Shown here one piece after another: positions 25,223 to 36,960 of a DNA stretch of 64,000 bases (the first letter of the stretch is position 1; each line of letters begins with the position of its first letter). The notes beneath the pieces were generated by a model, which saw only the letters and a list, made by a program, of their open reading frames with translations, did not search any database and was not told where the DNA came from. Position numbers and translations under genes: made by a program. This DNA is from Phoronis australis. Its lineage: Eukaryota; Animalia; Phoronida. Location of the stretch: positions 505,868-569,867 of the forward strand of contig NMRA01000078.1 of the NCBI GenBank assembly GCA_002633005.1. Reading direction: 5' to 3'.

Positions 25223-27647
25223 TCACATGATATATGGCTGGGACATAGGCGCACAACATGCCCTACAGAGGGCAGGCCTGATTGGTTTTGAGAAGTGACT
25301 GTAGTGGTGGGAAATCTTGTCTTTCAATGTCTTTTATACCGAGGTGAAAATGGGTTACAACGTTAGGACTTAACAAAGTTATCTTTAACACCAGAGCAAG
25401 AGGCAATTTCTTCTATTGTGATTCTAGTCCAAAGTTTTTTATAGTGTATATTTTCCAGAAAAATAAAGTTAACACAGAGAATCTGCTCAGAAAGTGCTAG
25501 AAGCAAAAGTGTGAGTCATATTCATAGCTGCAGTTAACCTATTAATGAAGGGGATTGTGGGATTGCCCATTTGTTGGTTGGTGATTTGTCTAGACTTAAA
25601 TTTGTGCAAGCTTTAATTCTTTTTTATTGGGATGTCTGTAAAGATGCCTAACACTCAAGTTAAGCAACATAGCCGGCTGTGAGAGGAAAGGGGGAGGGGA
25701 CAAAAGCATGGTTTGTGGACCTTAAACTTTGTTCTTTCACATTCCTCCTGTTGTTACAGTTAAGGGTGCCAATAGCAATGAATCCCAAAAATGAATCACT
25801 TGGAATCATAATGGTTCAGGCAGAAGTGAACCTCAACTGCAACAACGACCCCCCCATTACATCTCCTACCCCCTCACAATCATTGTCATTACTGTCGAAG
25901 TATTAGTATTAGTATTAGGAAACATTTTCAGAGGTTTCAGCCTTCCAGACAGTCATCATCAGTACTGGATTATCCATCAAGTTCAGGCCAGTGGAGATGA
26001 AGAGCTGGATCTCTTATGTGACAGTTAGCGGAGCTGACAGCTGAAGTCAAAGCATGGAAATACAACCCCAACAGAATGATTGAACTAGCTGTTGGCAAGT
26101 TCATTCATTTTTTTGCCTTGGCTTGTGCTATGAGCTCTACTAATTTTATTTTTAGGCAACCAGCTGAGCTCATAGCTCTTGGTCTGCCCTGGGCTTAATT
26201 AAGTTGCAGTTTAGTGTCCTCTTAGAAAAGAGGACCCACCTTATAGTCTCAGTGGCCTCTGAAACTCTAAAAGGTTGTGTCAAGCAGGAGCCTGGAAATT
26301 GTAACAAGCTTGGGCAGCTCAAATTACTAGGACCCCTGAGTTTTGTTTATAGTTTAGGGCCCCCGAGAAACCTTGAACCAGTGCTGGTGATTATTTAAAA
26401 TGAAGCAACTTAGCCTTGTTCAAGGCTGTGGTCTGTAGACTCAAGAGACTGTCAAGAAAAGCTAGTGTGATCAGGTGCTTTGCATGGCAGTATCTCGTGA
26501 AGACTTTCGTGATCTAGCTACCCTTTTCACGAGATTCGTGCATCTACGGAACGCAGTGTAGGTAGGCTTTTGTTGATGGTGCTTCCCCCTGGTGAGAAGT
26601 TGTGATTGTGCATTGGTCAACACTGAGGCTTCATGTCACTTGTATGAGTTATAATTAATTATCTTGCAATATACCTAAATATATTATGTTGATAGTTCAG
26701 GACTTGTCATTGTGGGAGTTCAGGTTAAGGTTAGGATCCAAGAGAAATGTCCGTACCTGGTTGTCTTCGGAACATGGAATCTCAGAAATGGCTTTTTGGA
26801 TTCACATGAAACTTTCAGTCACCTTACTTCATGCGCTGTTTTCCAAAGTGTTCAAACGAAATGTTTTCAAAGTGTTCCAGTTTTTGCATAAGAGGCTATC
26901 AAAATAGGTCTTCTATGGTTTCATGAACAGGGCAAAAGTTGCACAAAACGGAACAAAACTTGAGAAAACAGTAACAACCCTTAAAATAGTTTGGGACATA
27001 ATTTGTGGACATCAGCTTTTGAGATGATGATAGTTATAAAACATGTGAAACGCCGTGCGATTATGTTGTACACAAAAAATAGAACAAGTCCGTAGATAAC
27101 AAAGTTGTATTTAAAATGCTTACTTGTTTGACATTTTAAATATTTTTTGTACAAACAAGCTTCTCAAAATACTCAACTCGTTGTCGTCTGCTTGGAACAT
27201 GTTTGCATTGTATGAAGTGTTTCTCTAACACACCATGGAAATTTTCCACAAACTAGTTCCTCAAACCACCATTACAAATACAAGATCATCTTGTTAGTTG
27301 TCCAGTTGAACTAAACCTTAACTTCGCCGTTATGACTCTGTACAGACAACTCTCCTGGGGCTGATACACAGACATTAGTCAGCGCTCGACATGTTGAGCT
27401 GCAGGCATTATTTGCGGGGGGGGGGGGGGGTATTCTGATGTGTCCCTGGTTATACATGTATATGTCCCGTTTGCGGCATGTCGGGATTCTATGTTTCCGC
27501 AGTTCAATGTGTTCAATTTTCTGTGCATCAGACCTGGTTCTGTGTTTTAAAAAACGCAATGCATTTCGGGTGATTGGAAAATCACACCGAAGCACACTCG
27601 GTCCTGACAACGGGGAAAATAATATGCCGGGTAGCCTAAGGACGGAC

Positions 27648-27702
27648 CTACGTGACAAAAATCGCGATGTTTCTGAGATAGCGCTGTACCGTCTATATAA
27701 AT
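27648..27702 (+). promoter_or_regulatory. Core promoter of lectin gene 1 (conserved box, GATA site, TATA box)
   Basis: TATATAAA at 27694, ~100 bp before the ATG; the CCTACGTGACAAAAATCGCGAT..GAGATAGCGC block is conserved at ~33731, ~39315 and ~53201. Confidence 0.65.
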
Positions 27703-27793
27703 ACTGTGAACTGCCTGGTTACTAAAACTGCGTCACGTTCTAACTTGTCATTGTCTTAAGTATGTACAACTGAAGGAATCTAAGCGTACCAGG

Positions 27794-29727
27794 ATGTCAC
27801 CTTTGTCATTGATTTTAACTGTTGCTCTGTGTCTTCCGAGTCAATCTTTGACATTAAACAAGGGAGAAATTATTGATGACCCCCTGTTGGACATGTTCCG
27901 GAAACAGGAATTTTTGTTACAGAAGGTTGAAAAACAGGTGAGTGACTCGATCAAGCAGCTGGACAGAAAGATCACAATGCAAGCCAAGAATTTGAAGAGT
28001 GCAATTGATGATGCCAACAAATTTCTGACAGAAAAGCTATGTCCTCGTGGTTTTTTTCTAAATGATTTCGGCTGTTACAAAATCATCTTTGAGAAATTAT
28101 CGTACCATAATGCCCGTTTACGTTGCCGTCAATATCATAGTCACTTGGTTGAGGTGCAATCAAAGGACGAATACGAAGCTTTGATATTCTTGATGGATCA
28201 ACGTGGTGCACTGGAAAACAGGTGGTATCACCTCGTGGCCACTACACTTAGCTTCGGCATCTGGTTTTGGAGGGAATCCTTCAAACCCGTCACCTACACC
28301 AACTGGATAGGGCCAGGTGAAAGTCCAGCTACTCTTAATTTTTGCGTTGTATTTGAATAAAGCTGGAGTGCAAAGATACGCACAATTTTACTTGTAAAAC
28401 GGTTGCACAATGCACCGTAGTTTCACCGTAGTTTCAAAAAAAAACTTTATCGTAATCTATTTTGCGCCGGGTACGCTACGAGTAAAATAATATGAGGATT
28501 GCGAATAATGTCATTTATTATGACAAATAGATAGAACTAAATAAGACTCTGCGAACAATGTCATTTATTACGACGTACATGTAAATAGATAGAACTAAAT
28601 AAGACTCTGCGAATAATGTAATTTATTATGACGTAAGTAGATAGAACTAAATAAGACTCTGCGAATAATGTCATGTATTATGACGTAAATAGATAGAACT
28701 AAATAAGACTCTGCGAATAATGTCATTTATTATGACGTAAGTAGAAAAAAATGTAAAATCTGCATGGAAAACAACGCCACTGGCGTGTACTTGACCACGG
28801 AACTAAAATAAATGACTAAGAACTTCCTTGAGGTCCTGAAGAAAATAATCAAAGAAATGATTATAAACAAACAAAAAGCCAGAATTCCTAACAGGTTATG
28901 TGTAATATGTAAAAAAATAAAACAGGCACTCGGGATGGAGGGTGGAAAATTACAAGGGTAGACCCCCAAGGCTATAACTAAAGATGAGAATGCAAAACAA
29001 ACCCATCAGCTTGATATAAAAGAGACAGTAAATGAGTTTAACAAGCTAAATTTAATGAATTTGGTCAATTTGTGTAAAAGATGTTTAATAGAAATTCTCT
29101 CTCGCATCTCTTCGAACGAACACGTTTTTGCAAACTTCAAATATACTTGATGCAACGTCGTCGGTGTATATAAAACCAATTGAATGATATAAGAATTATA
29201 TTATCAACGTAATCAGCATTAAAGCAAACGACATCCAAGTGACTAAAACACATGCAAGAAAACTATTTATACACGCTGGGGATATACGTCATAGTAACAC
29301 GTGATTAAAGGACATACATTTAAGTATTACCGGAACTATAAACATCTGGTAGAAATTCAATACATGACACTTGACTTGTATGTGTAGACCACAAATTCCT
29401 CAAGCTACACGCGAAGCTGCTGATTTCACGATGTATTGCAAGATGCCGTATGCGAGATCAAGCTTTAAACAATGACACATAAAAGTCAGGAAAGGTTCTC
29501 TTCCAGTCCTCTCACTATAAAACTCTAGCCCCCGTATTCTCACCAAAGCAGCGCTTTGTTTCCTCGGTTTGTAGTGACTTCTTGTGCTTGCAGTTCACCA
29601 CAAGGAGAAATGTGCTCAGTTTAAGTACAGTCCTGGCGGTAGTTTCCACAAGAAATGGGACGCCGACGACTGCACAACCACGACATGCTCCGTTTGTGAA
29701 ATTCAATTGAGAAAAGTTGCATTGTAA
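27794..29727 (+). CDS. Secreted C-type lectin-domain protein, copy 1 (join 27794..28316, 29594..29727; 218 aa)
   Basis: Signal peptide, coiled-coil neck and CTLD (CPRG..CY..A..RC....HLV.V....E). G|gtga donor and cttgcag acceptor, phase 1. Exon 2 reads EKC...W....C...VCEI. Confidence 0.88.
28500..28746 (+). repeat. ~52-bp minisatellite, about 4.5 copies, in the lectin-1 intron
   Basis: Unit GCGAATAATGTCATTTATTATGACGTAAATAGATAGAACTAAATAAGACTCT. Confidence 0.9.
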
Positions 29728-30719
29728 TTTCTCTTGTCATTGATTAGATCTATAGTTTGAATATCTTTGCTTGTGCAGAAGAATCGGTTCCACCATACTG
29801 GTTGTCATGATTCTGAAATATTAACCTAAGAACAGTGAGTGTTGTTAGTCGTAGCATACTTTGTAGACTATACTATGTACTATAGCCTATGGTCGTAGTA
29901 ATTGCATATGATTTATTGCACAGTGTTTCTGTGATCAGCAGAGTGGGTTATCATATGGTAGTAAAATTGATCAAGGTATTGTGACGGTTTTTAAATCAGT
30001 AAAAATTTCAGTAGGCCTACTAAAAACATGTATGCATAACATCATCAGACCTATGAAAAATATTAATGTCGAAAGCGCCAGAACATTGGCCTCATAATTT
30101 TCGTTACTTAATTAGATGAGGAGTGACTATTGGGCTTGCAAAGAAACGTACAGTTCGTCGTTCCTGATCAGCGTGAAGAGTATTGTCTCAAGGCCTAACG
30201 AACTGTCAGTTAACGATACGACGCCTGTATTAGTGACTTTGTTTATTTTTCTTACAACCACGAGCTTGGAATACTCGCACCCGACGCAGGATTTGTCTGC
30301 CGCCAGCTGATTGTGCAACCTGGCACTTCGTGTTTAAAGTTATTCAAATCTTATTTGGTGACTTTCATTCCAACTAATATATCAAAAAAAACAAGCTATG
30401 CAACTAGTAAAAGTAGTGTTTATATTTTCTGAAGAAAAAATATCAGAGATTATGGAAATGGACTTTACATTTAAGTGCCACGTGAACGCTTTTTTAAGTC
30501 AGAATTTCATTTTTCGTTTTTAAGAATAATACATTCATAACAGAATTACCCCTTGGTCGGTTTTAATGAAACTCTTTTTAAATGAAAACTTCGCAATTTC
30601 CCTCAAAAACGCCTTTAGGAATTTTCAGGAATTTTCGATTACCATTTAGTTTTGTTTCTATGCCAAATTAACTCGCAAAACGTAAGGTATTCTTGATATA
30701 TGGTTAACAAATGATGTAT

Positions 30720-31176
30720 GTAGACTAAATGGGAATGTTCGGCAATCTCAGACTATGTCGCAAAATGAGAGATTGTTTATTTGTACCTGGAGCTAAGCTC
30801 ATTTGTACGTATTCCATTGCAGTAGTTGGTATAGATGGCAATTTCAGGATAATACATATTTACACATAGAGTTGGAGTTTCCTGTCTAATATCACAAGCT
30901 TTTAACAAAAATATGGATAATCTTCTCAAAAGATTGCCAGAGCTTGTTTTGAATAGGTATTTGGCGTTTTCGATCTCAGTATACTTTCTGGATAGTTCTG
31001 GTAAAAAATTCATTTTAACATCGTTAAGTAATAAGTGTATTTCGTCTTCAATTTCTGCGCTGTTGCAAATTTCGCAAAGCCTCTCTTCCTTTGGAATGTC
31101 ATGGTGCCTACCAGTTTCTATTTTCAGTTGATGTCCGCAGCACTTGAATTTGGCTAGTATTCTACGTTGGGTCACC
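30720..31176 (-). mobile_element. 3' fragment of a non-LTR retrotransposon (RTE-X-like C-terminal CCHC region)
   Basis: ORF 30777..31178 reads AKFKCCGHQLKIETGRH...EERLCEICNSAEIEDEIHLLL. Confidence 0.75.
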
Positions 31177-33875
31177 AAATGAACTACTGTTTTAAGCTGG
31201 ACCAGCAGCCATGGAAACGTTTATCTCATGATATATGACTGATAAATAGTTCACTTCCAGTGAAATAACGTTGAAAGTTCTCGTGCGAATTCCTGGTGCT
31301 CCCAACTGAACGAAAACAACATGTGTCAAAGGCGTCACTTAATTTGTTTTTCTATCGTCTTGCTGAGTACAGTACATGTATATTTGTGTTTATTCTGAAA
31401 TAGATATTTATGCATAATTAATGGATATGAATACCATGTACATGTAAACACAGCAAAATGCTCCCATTCACACATATACGCGCAACCACACAAATTTTCT
31501 TAAAATATCACGTCTTTATAAAAGATTTTTTACATTAAAAACACGTTCTTTAACTTAAATGTCCATGTTGAAAAATGTGCAATTAAAAAGCGATTTGTCA
31601 TGGACTTTATGACATTAATATGCTTATCCAAAAGGCACAACTAATGCGTACACGCATCATTTTTGAAGTCTCAATTTTAGGGTAGGCAAACTTCAATGAA
31701 CTATAAAGCATCTCCTTGATTCAATACTGATGTTTTTGATTTTGTAACGGAAATCAGATCTGTTATAAAACCACTTATGTGAGCATAAAGGTCTTGGCGA
31801 CTAAATACTAAAGAGATGAAATTTGAAAATCCTTCTTCAAGTCTTAAAAAAATTCGGATGACCCCGTTCAGTCGTCGGCATGATAAAAATACTTTCCTAA
31901 CTGAGCAAATCCCACTTGAAAACTTGAAAATTATAATTACAAGCCTTTGCAGTTTCTTGGAGGTAACTATTATCGCAATATTGCAATGTTGATCATACAG
32001 GTACTGCATCACCCCTGTAGTTACATGTCTAGCAAACTGAGCTCAAAAGCGAAGCTGCATATGACAGTTATTTTGTTCAATGACCTTAGAAGTCAACGGT
32101 CATGGTTAGCCTCGCAGATTCCTGCGAAAAACAAATTATTTCATAAAACAAAAAGGACAGTTTTTATGAAAAATGTATTGCCTGAGATATATTTATTTAA
32201 TTTTGTCACTTCATTATGCCACCTTTGTTACCAGTTTGTTGGGTTTTGTGATTTTCACCCTGCTTCTGAAATCTGGAGATAACTTGCCCCAAGCCGAACT
32301 TGGAAATCGCATTTTTAAAAAGATAAACAAGCACGTGCCTAGATACAGTATAACATCAATTTCTTGGGCACCGTAGGTTTCTTTGATCATTATGGATTTA
32401 AAGATATATCGCTACATTGGTTTCAAGCCTCCCTTAAATGGTAACACCAGTAAATTTAGTTCCTACAGTATGTTAAGAGCATCGCTCTGGGCCTTCTAGT
32501 GCCATGAATTATCAATTATATATATATATTAGGCGTATTGTCTTGCTTTTGCCTACGTCACCGCGAGAATCGCTTTTTAATTCAGACAGCTGCGAATAAC
32601 ACCCGCACGCAATGGTGTCCTATTCAGACCCCTATTCAATACAACTGTTTTTGGTCTTATAGGTTGTTTTGCCTGGGATCTCGCGGTGACGCAATATGGC
32701 ACGCAAACGCAGCTCCACCTATCATTTGACGGGCCTACATTTACGTGATTGAATTTGGGCTTTCTTATTTTGCTAAAGCTTTGCTAGGACTACCTGGTTA
32801 ATCCAATACATGTACATCTAAGATAATAAAATTTCGTTGAAGTTAGGCTTGAAGAGCTGTATTTTAAAAGTTGTTTGATGAAGTGTGACCCTTGGTTGCA
32901 AAGGTATGCAATAGTTTTGAAATACAACAATGTCGAAGTCGAATTCTCCTACAATAGAATACAAAGGTCATGTGCGGGAGTTGGAATTATGATCACACAA
33001 CCTGAAAAGTGCACGCTCATTAAATTCGTGGCAAAAGAAAGACGCTAATGGTGTCTCCTCGTAGTCATAAGATATCAGTGACACCTGCAGGTTAGAGCAC
33101 ACGTGTCATGTGAACCATGCTGGGAGATGTTCTGTTGCATGTAGGATAACCAAAATATGAGAATATATCACAACTGTAATATCTTACACATGTAGGTTGT
33201 CTCGCGATCGTTTAAAAATACTACATATACTCTTGCTTGTACGTAATGTCACCACATTAATACCGCTCACTCTCCACAATGATACTAACATTTTGGTCAT
33301 GATATTCATTGAGTTCAACACAGAACCTCGATGTCTTGGACTTTTTCACTAGTTTTGTTGATGGTTTTTATGACGCTGTTCATCTTATTCATTTCTATTT
33401 CAAATGTGCACCACCATCGTCGTTTAGTGGAATTGGGAATTAAACTAAATTATCTTGAAGTTTCTTTAATGTTGAAATAACAGGAACAATGATATATTGG
33501 TTCGAGGTTGAATTCTCGTCTTGAAGATGTATTTTACCCAGTAGCCTTGGCGAAATTTTTTCTTAAGTTTAAAGTTCCTGAAAATAAACATTACCCATAA
33601 CAGAATCTTCAAACCCCAGAGACAGCCATCCTCGCCATGTTTGAGCTGTCACTGTATTTTAATTCAGCGTATAACTGACATAGTAGAAGCAAGCAAGCAG
33701 AGTAAATAAATACGGTAGTATAACGACCGGCCTACGTGACAAAATCGTGATATTTTTGAGATAGCGCTCTGTCGTCTACATAAATTTTGTGAACTGTGTT
33801 GTTGTCAAAACTGATTCTTTTTCTCACCTGTCAATGCGTAGTACTTAGATCTGGAGTAATTCAAAGGGTACCAAG

Positions 33876-34941
33876 ATGTCATACCTGTCAGTCATTTTAA
33901 GTGTTGCTTTATGTCTTCCGTACGAATCTGTGACATTTAACGAGGGACAAATTGTTGATGATCCCTTGTTGGACATGTTCCGGAAACAGGAAGTATTGTT
34001 GCAGAAGGTGAATGGTTCGATAAGTAATCTGGACAGGAAGATCATAGCGCAAGTCCAGGATTTGAAACACGCAATTGCATCTCATGGGGATGAAATGGAG
34101 AAAATGACGAGAAAGCTGGAGTGTTTTTTTCGTGGCTTTTTTCCAAATGACTTTGGATGTTACAAATTTCTTTACGAGGATTTATCGTACGATGACGCCA
34201 TTTTGCGTTGCCGTCAGTATCAGAGTCACTTGGTTGAAGTGCAATCAAAGGACGAATATGAAGCACTGATATCCTTGATGGACCAACACGGTGCAGTGAA
34301 TAACAAGTGGTATCAACTGGGCGGCAGGAAGGTTAACAACGTGTGGATCTGGAGTCAATCAATGCAGCCCTTTACCTTCACAAACTGGAGAACATCAGGT
34401 AAAGTCAATTGATTCATCTGATTACTGTTGAGGTTTGGTTCGCAATTGAATCAGAATGGTGAATTGCAAAATACGCACAAGGTTAATTGAAAACATTTGC
34501 ACAATGCACTTTAGTTTATAAAGTGAATACCTTTAATTTTTCTTCAAAATTCTCTAACAGAAATACCGTCATGCATTTTATTGACCGATCATATTTCTTA
34601 AAAACTTCAAAATATTTGAATTAATATAGTCCATATTTGTAGAGCACAAATTGTTCATGTGGCTGTTGATTCCATTATGCTTGCTATTACATGATGCACT
34701 GATTGCGATAAAAAATACAAATAACGACGCTCATTAGAAAACTAAGGTTCTCTTCCAGTGCTTCGTCTCACCAATGATCAGACCTGTGCTTTGATTCATC
34801 AGTTACTTGCGACTTGTTGTGCTTGCAGGTGATGACGTGAAGGAATGTGCGTATTTTGTGTACCGTCCTGGCAATAGTGATCACAAGAAATGGAACGGCG
34901 AGGACTGCACGTACAAGATGTACCCCGTTTGTGAGATATAA
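33876..34941 (+). CDS. Secreted C-type lectin-domain protein, copy 2 (join 33876..34398, 34829..34941; 211 aa)
   Basis: Paralog of copy 1; G|gtaaag donor, cttgcag acceptor; TAA at 34939-34941; AATAAA at 35151. Confidence 0.9.
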
Positions 34942-36435
34942 CTGGAAAGATGTTCAGATCAATTAAACGTAGCCTCATGTCCTAAAATGTAATTCACTGA
35001 TTACATCTTTGTTGTTACAATATCCTCCAACTTTTGCTGGTACAGGAGAATAGACGTGTCAGTTCAGCTATCGCGTTTGTGATTCTAAAATGATTACCAG
35101 TGGCAATAATTGATTACGATTCGCTACACCGTATCTTTGGTAAAGTAAGAAATAAAAGTGAACAAGGAATTTTAATACAGTATGATATTCGATCGTTGCT
35201 GACAACATATGATATTATAAGAACATGAAAATGTCAGACGCTGTTAAAACAGACTTAGTTCTACAGCACTGTTATCATCGGACGTCATTAAAAAATTAGA
35301 CCGCAGACCATACCTGAGTTTCATCAAAGAAACGAACTTCTGGTTAGAAAACGTGCTGCTAATGGTCGGCCTCAAATTTGTTTCCCAGATCAGGAGTGGA
35401 ATTTGGGCTAGCAAAAAGCTGACAGTTAGTTTTTCATAAAGATAAGGAAGACCCTTGAAAAAGTTCAATTATGGCAAAGTTTATAACGTTATGTCAGAGA
35501 AGTGGCAGATTGGATTCTCATGAACCTTTCAGAAACTGTGCTTTATACACTGTTCTACAACACTGTGCTTAGAATTGAGCCGTTGCTGAAAACTTTGTTT
35601 CTACGCATGTGTCGAGCTTGTCATGAAATCTGTGACATTCATGATACATATAATTCTTAGTATGTTAGTTTGATAGTGTTATTTCTTATTGATATTATTT
35701 CTTTGCTAGCCAATTGTTTTTGTTTATAGAAACTTGTTTTGGCTGTCAGCTGAGTCAGCGACCAACCCATCCGGTGCATCCACACATGTTTTGATGATCT
35801 CTGTAGTAAACAAGATTGCGTAATGGTCATTCACAGAAACATTGCCTCAAGACAGCTGACCATTACCATATATGGCAAACACAACAGAGTAGTTCAGATG
35901 ATTGTTGTGAAAGTTTTAGAGTTGCTTCCTGTTATTTTCCTGTAGAATATTGAATCATAAAGTTTAGTGCATGCAACCCACATATTTGTGACTTGTATAT
36001 AAATCCGTTCACTTGTCTAATAAAGACAGTCCTCATCTTGCTACTGCCAGTTGCTTTACTAGTGTAATTGAGTGTTCCNTACTGGGAAACGCCGAGGGGA
36101 AATAGCTCAGTACACCTAAGAGTGAACCGAGTGTTCATCGCAAGAGACAGGAATACATCTTGAAGAGACCGTGATCAAAGCTTCAAGAAGAATTTCTGTC
36201 ACTGTCAGATTTTAGTAGGCAAGGTGTGCGGCTGCGGTATTCTTTCCCCAGGCAGTACAAATTTCTTTCCAGAACATTTGACCCTGCCGTATCACAGAGT
36301 ACGGTAATCAGATATTCTTTTAAAGTGAATAACGAAGAATGCATTTAAAATATTGTATAGTACACAAACTATATGGATGTATTTATAAAAGTTGCATCAT
36401 AGATGTACATACTGAGGTAGAAAGCCAGCTAGCTG

Positions 36436-36960
36436 TATGAAGACTATCGTCAAAATACAGCTAGGTAGCTGTGTGTAGAGCTCCGTTCTAAACACCGAAA
36501 TTTCACACAACCCGGGTGCTCACTACAGCTCGTCACCTGACCTCGTAGTGAAACTTAGAGCTAACAACCTGCAGGGGTGCATGCAGAATCTGGGAATAAA
36601 CCGACATTCACCTTGCCCTTTGCAGCCGTTCATAGAAGTACCCAAATCTAATCAACGTTATTTTTTTGTAATTCTCCACGTCGTTTTGAAAATAGTGCAT
36701 ACTCGTGACACGCGCACGGCGCGCCATTTCCTAAAATTTTACGATAGCTCTCGAGAGTTTGTTCTGAAACTGGGTTTTCTGGTATTAAAATAGTAAAAAC
36801 TTGTAACGAAATGAAACCACTTCCGATTGTATGACATGTATGCAACCTCGCAGTTGATTGAAGAACATGGAAATTGGCCAATAAGTGACGCAATGGCCGC
36901 GCCCAAAGAGCGCATGGCAATTTTAGCAGCAGAATAATTGAGAACGCCAATTTTCCAACA
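36436..36960 (+). mobile_element. Non-coding interspersed element, probably a non-autonomous DNA transposon; inverted copy at ~62690-63273
   Basis: TATGAAGACT.TCGTCAAAATACAGCTAGGT and the following blocks are shared in opposite orientation; both copies give the spurious peptide CMQNLG.NRHSPCPLQPF. Confidence 0.65.

Noticed and set aside
25760-25906. Possible extra GRIP exon after TTACAG (ORF 25679..25906)
   Set aside because: It lies downstream of the stop of the PDZ7-completing exon and shows no recognisable homology; probably 3' UTR or intergenic.
28500-28746. CRISPR-like array
   Set aside because: The units are head-to-tail with no unique spacers, sit in a eukaryotic intron, and there are no cas genes; it is a minisatellite.
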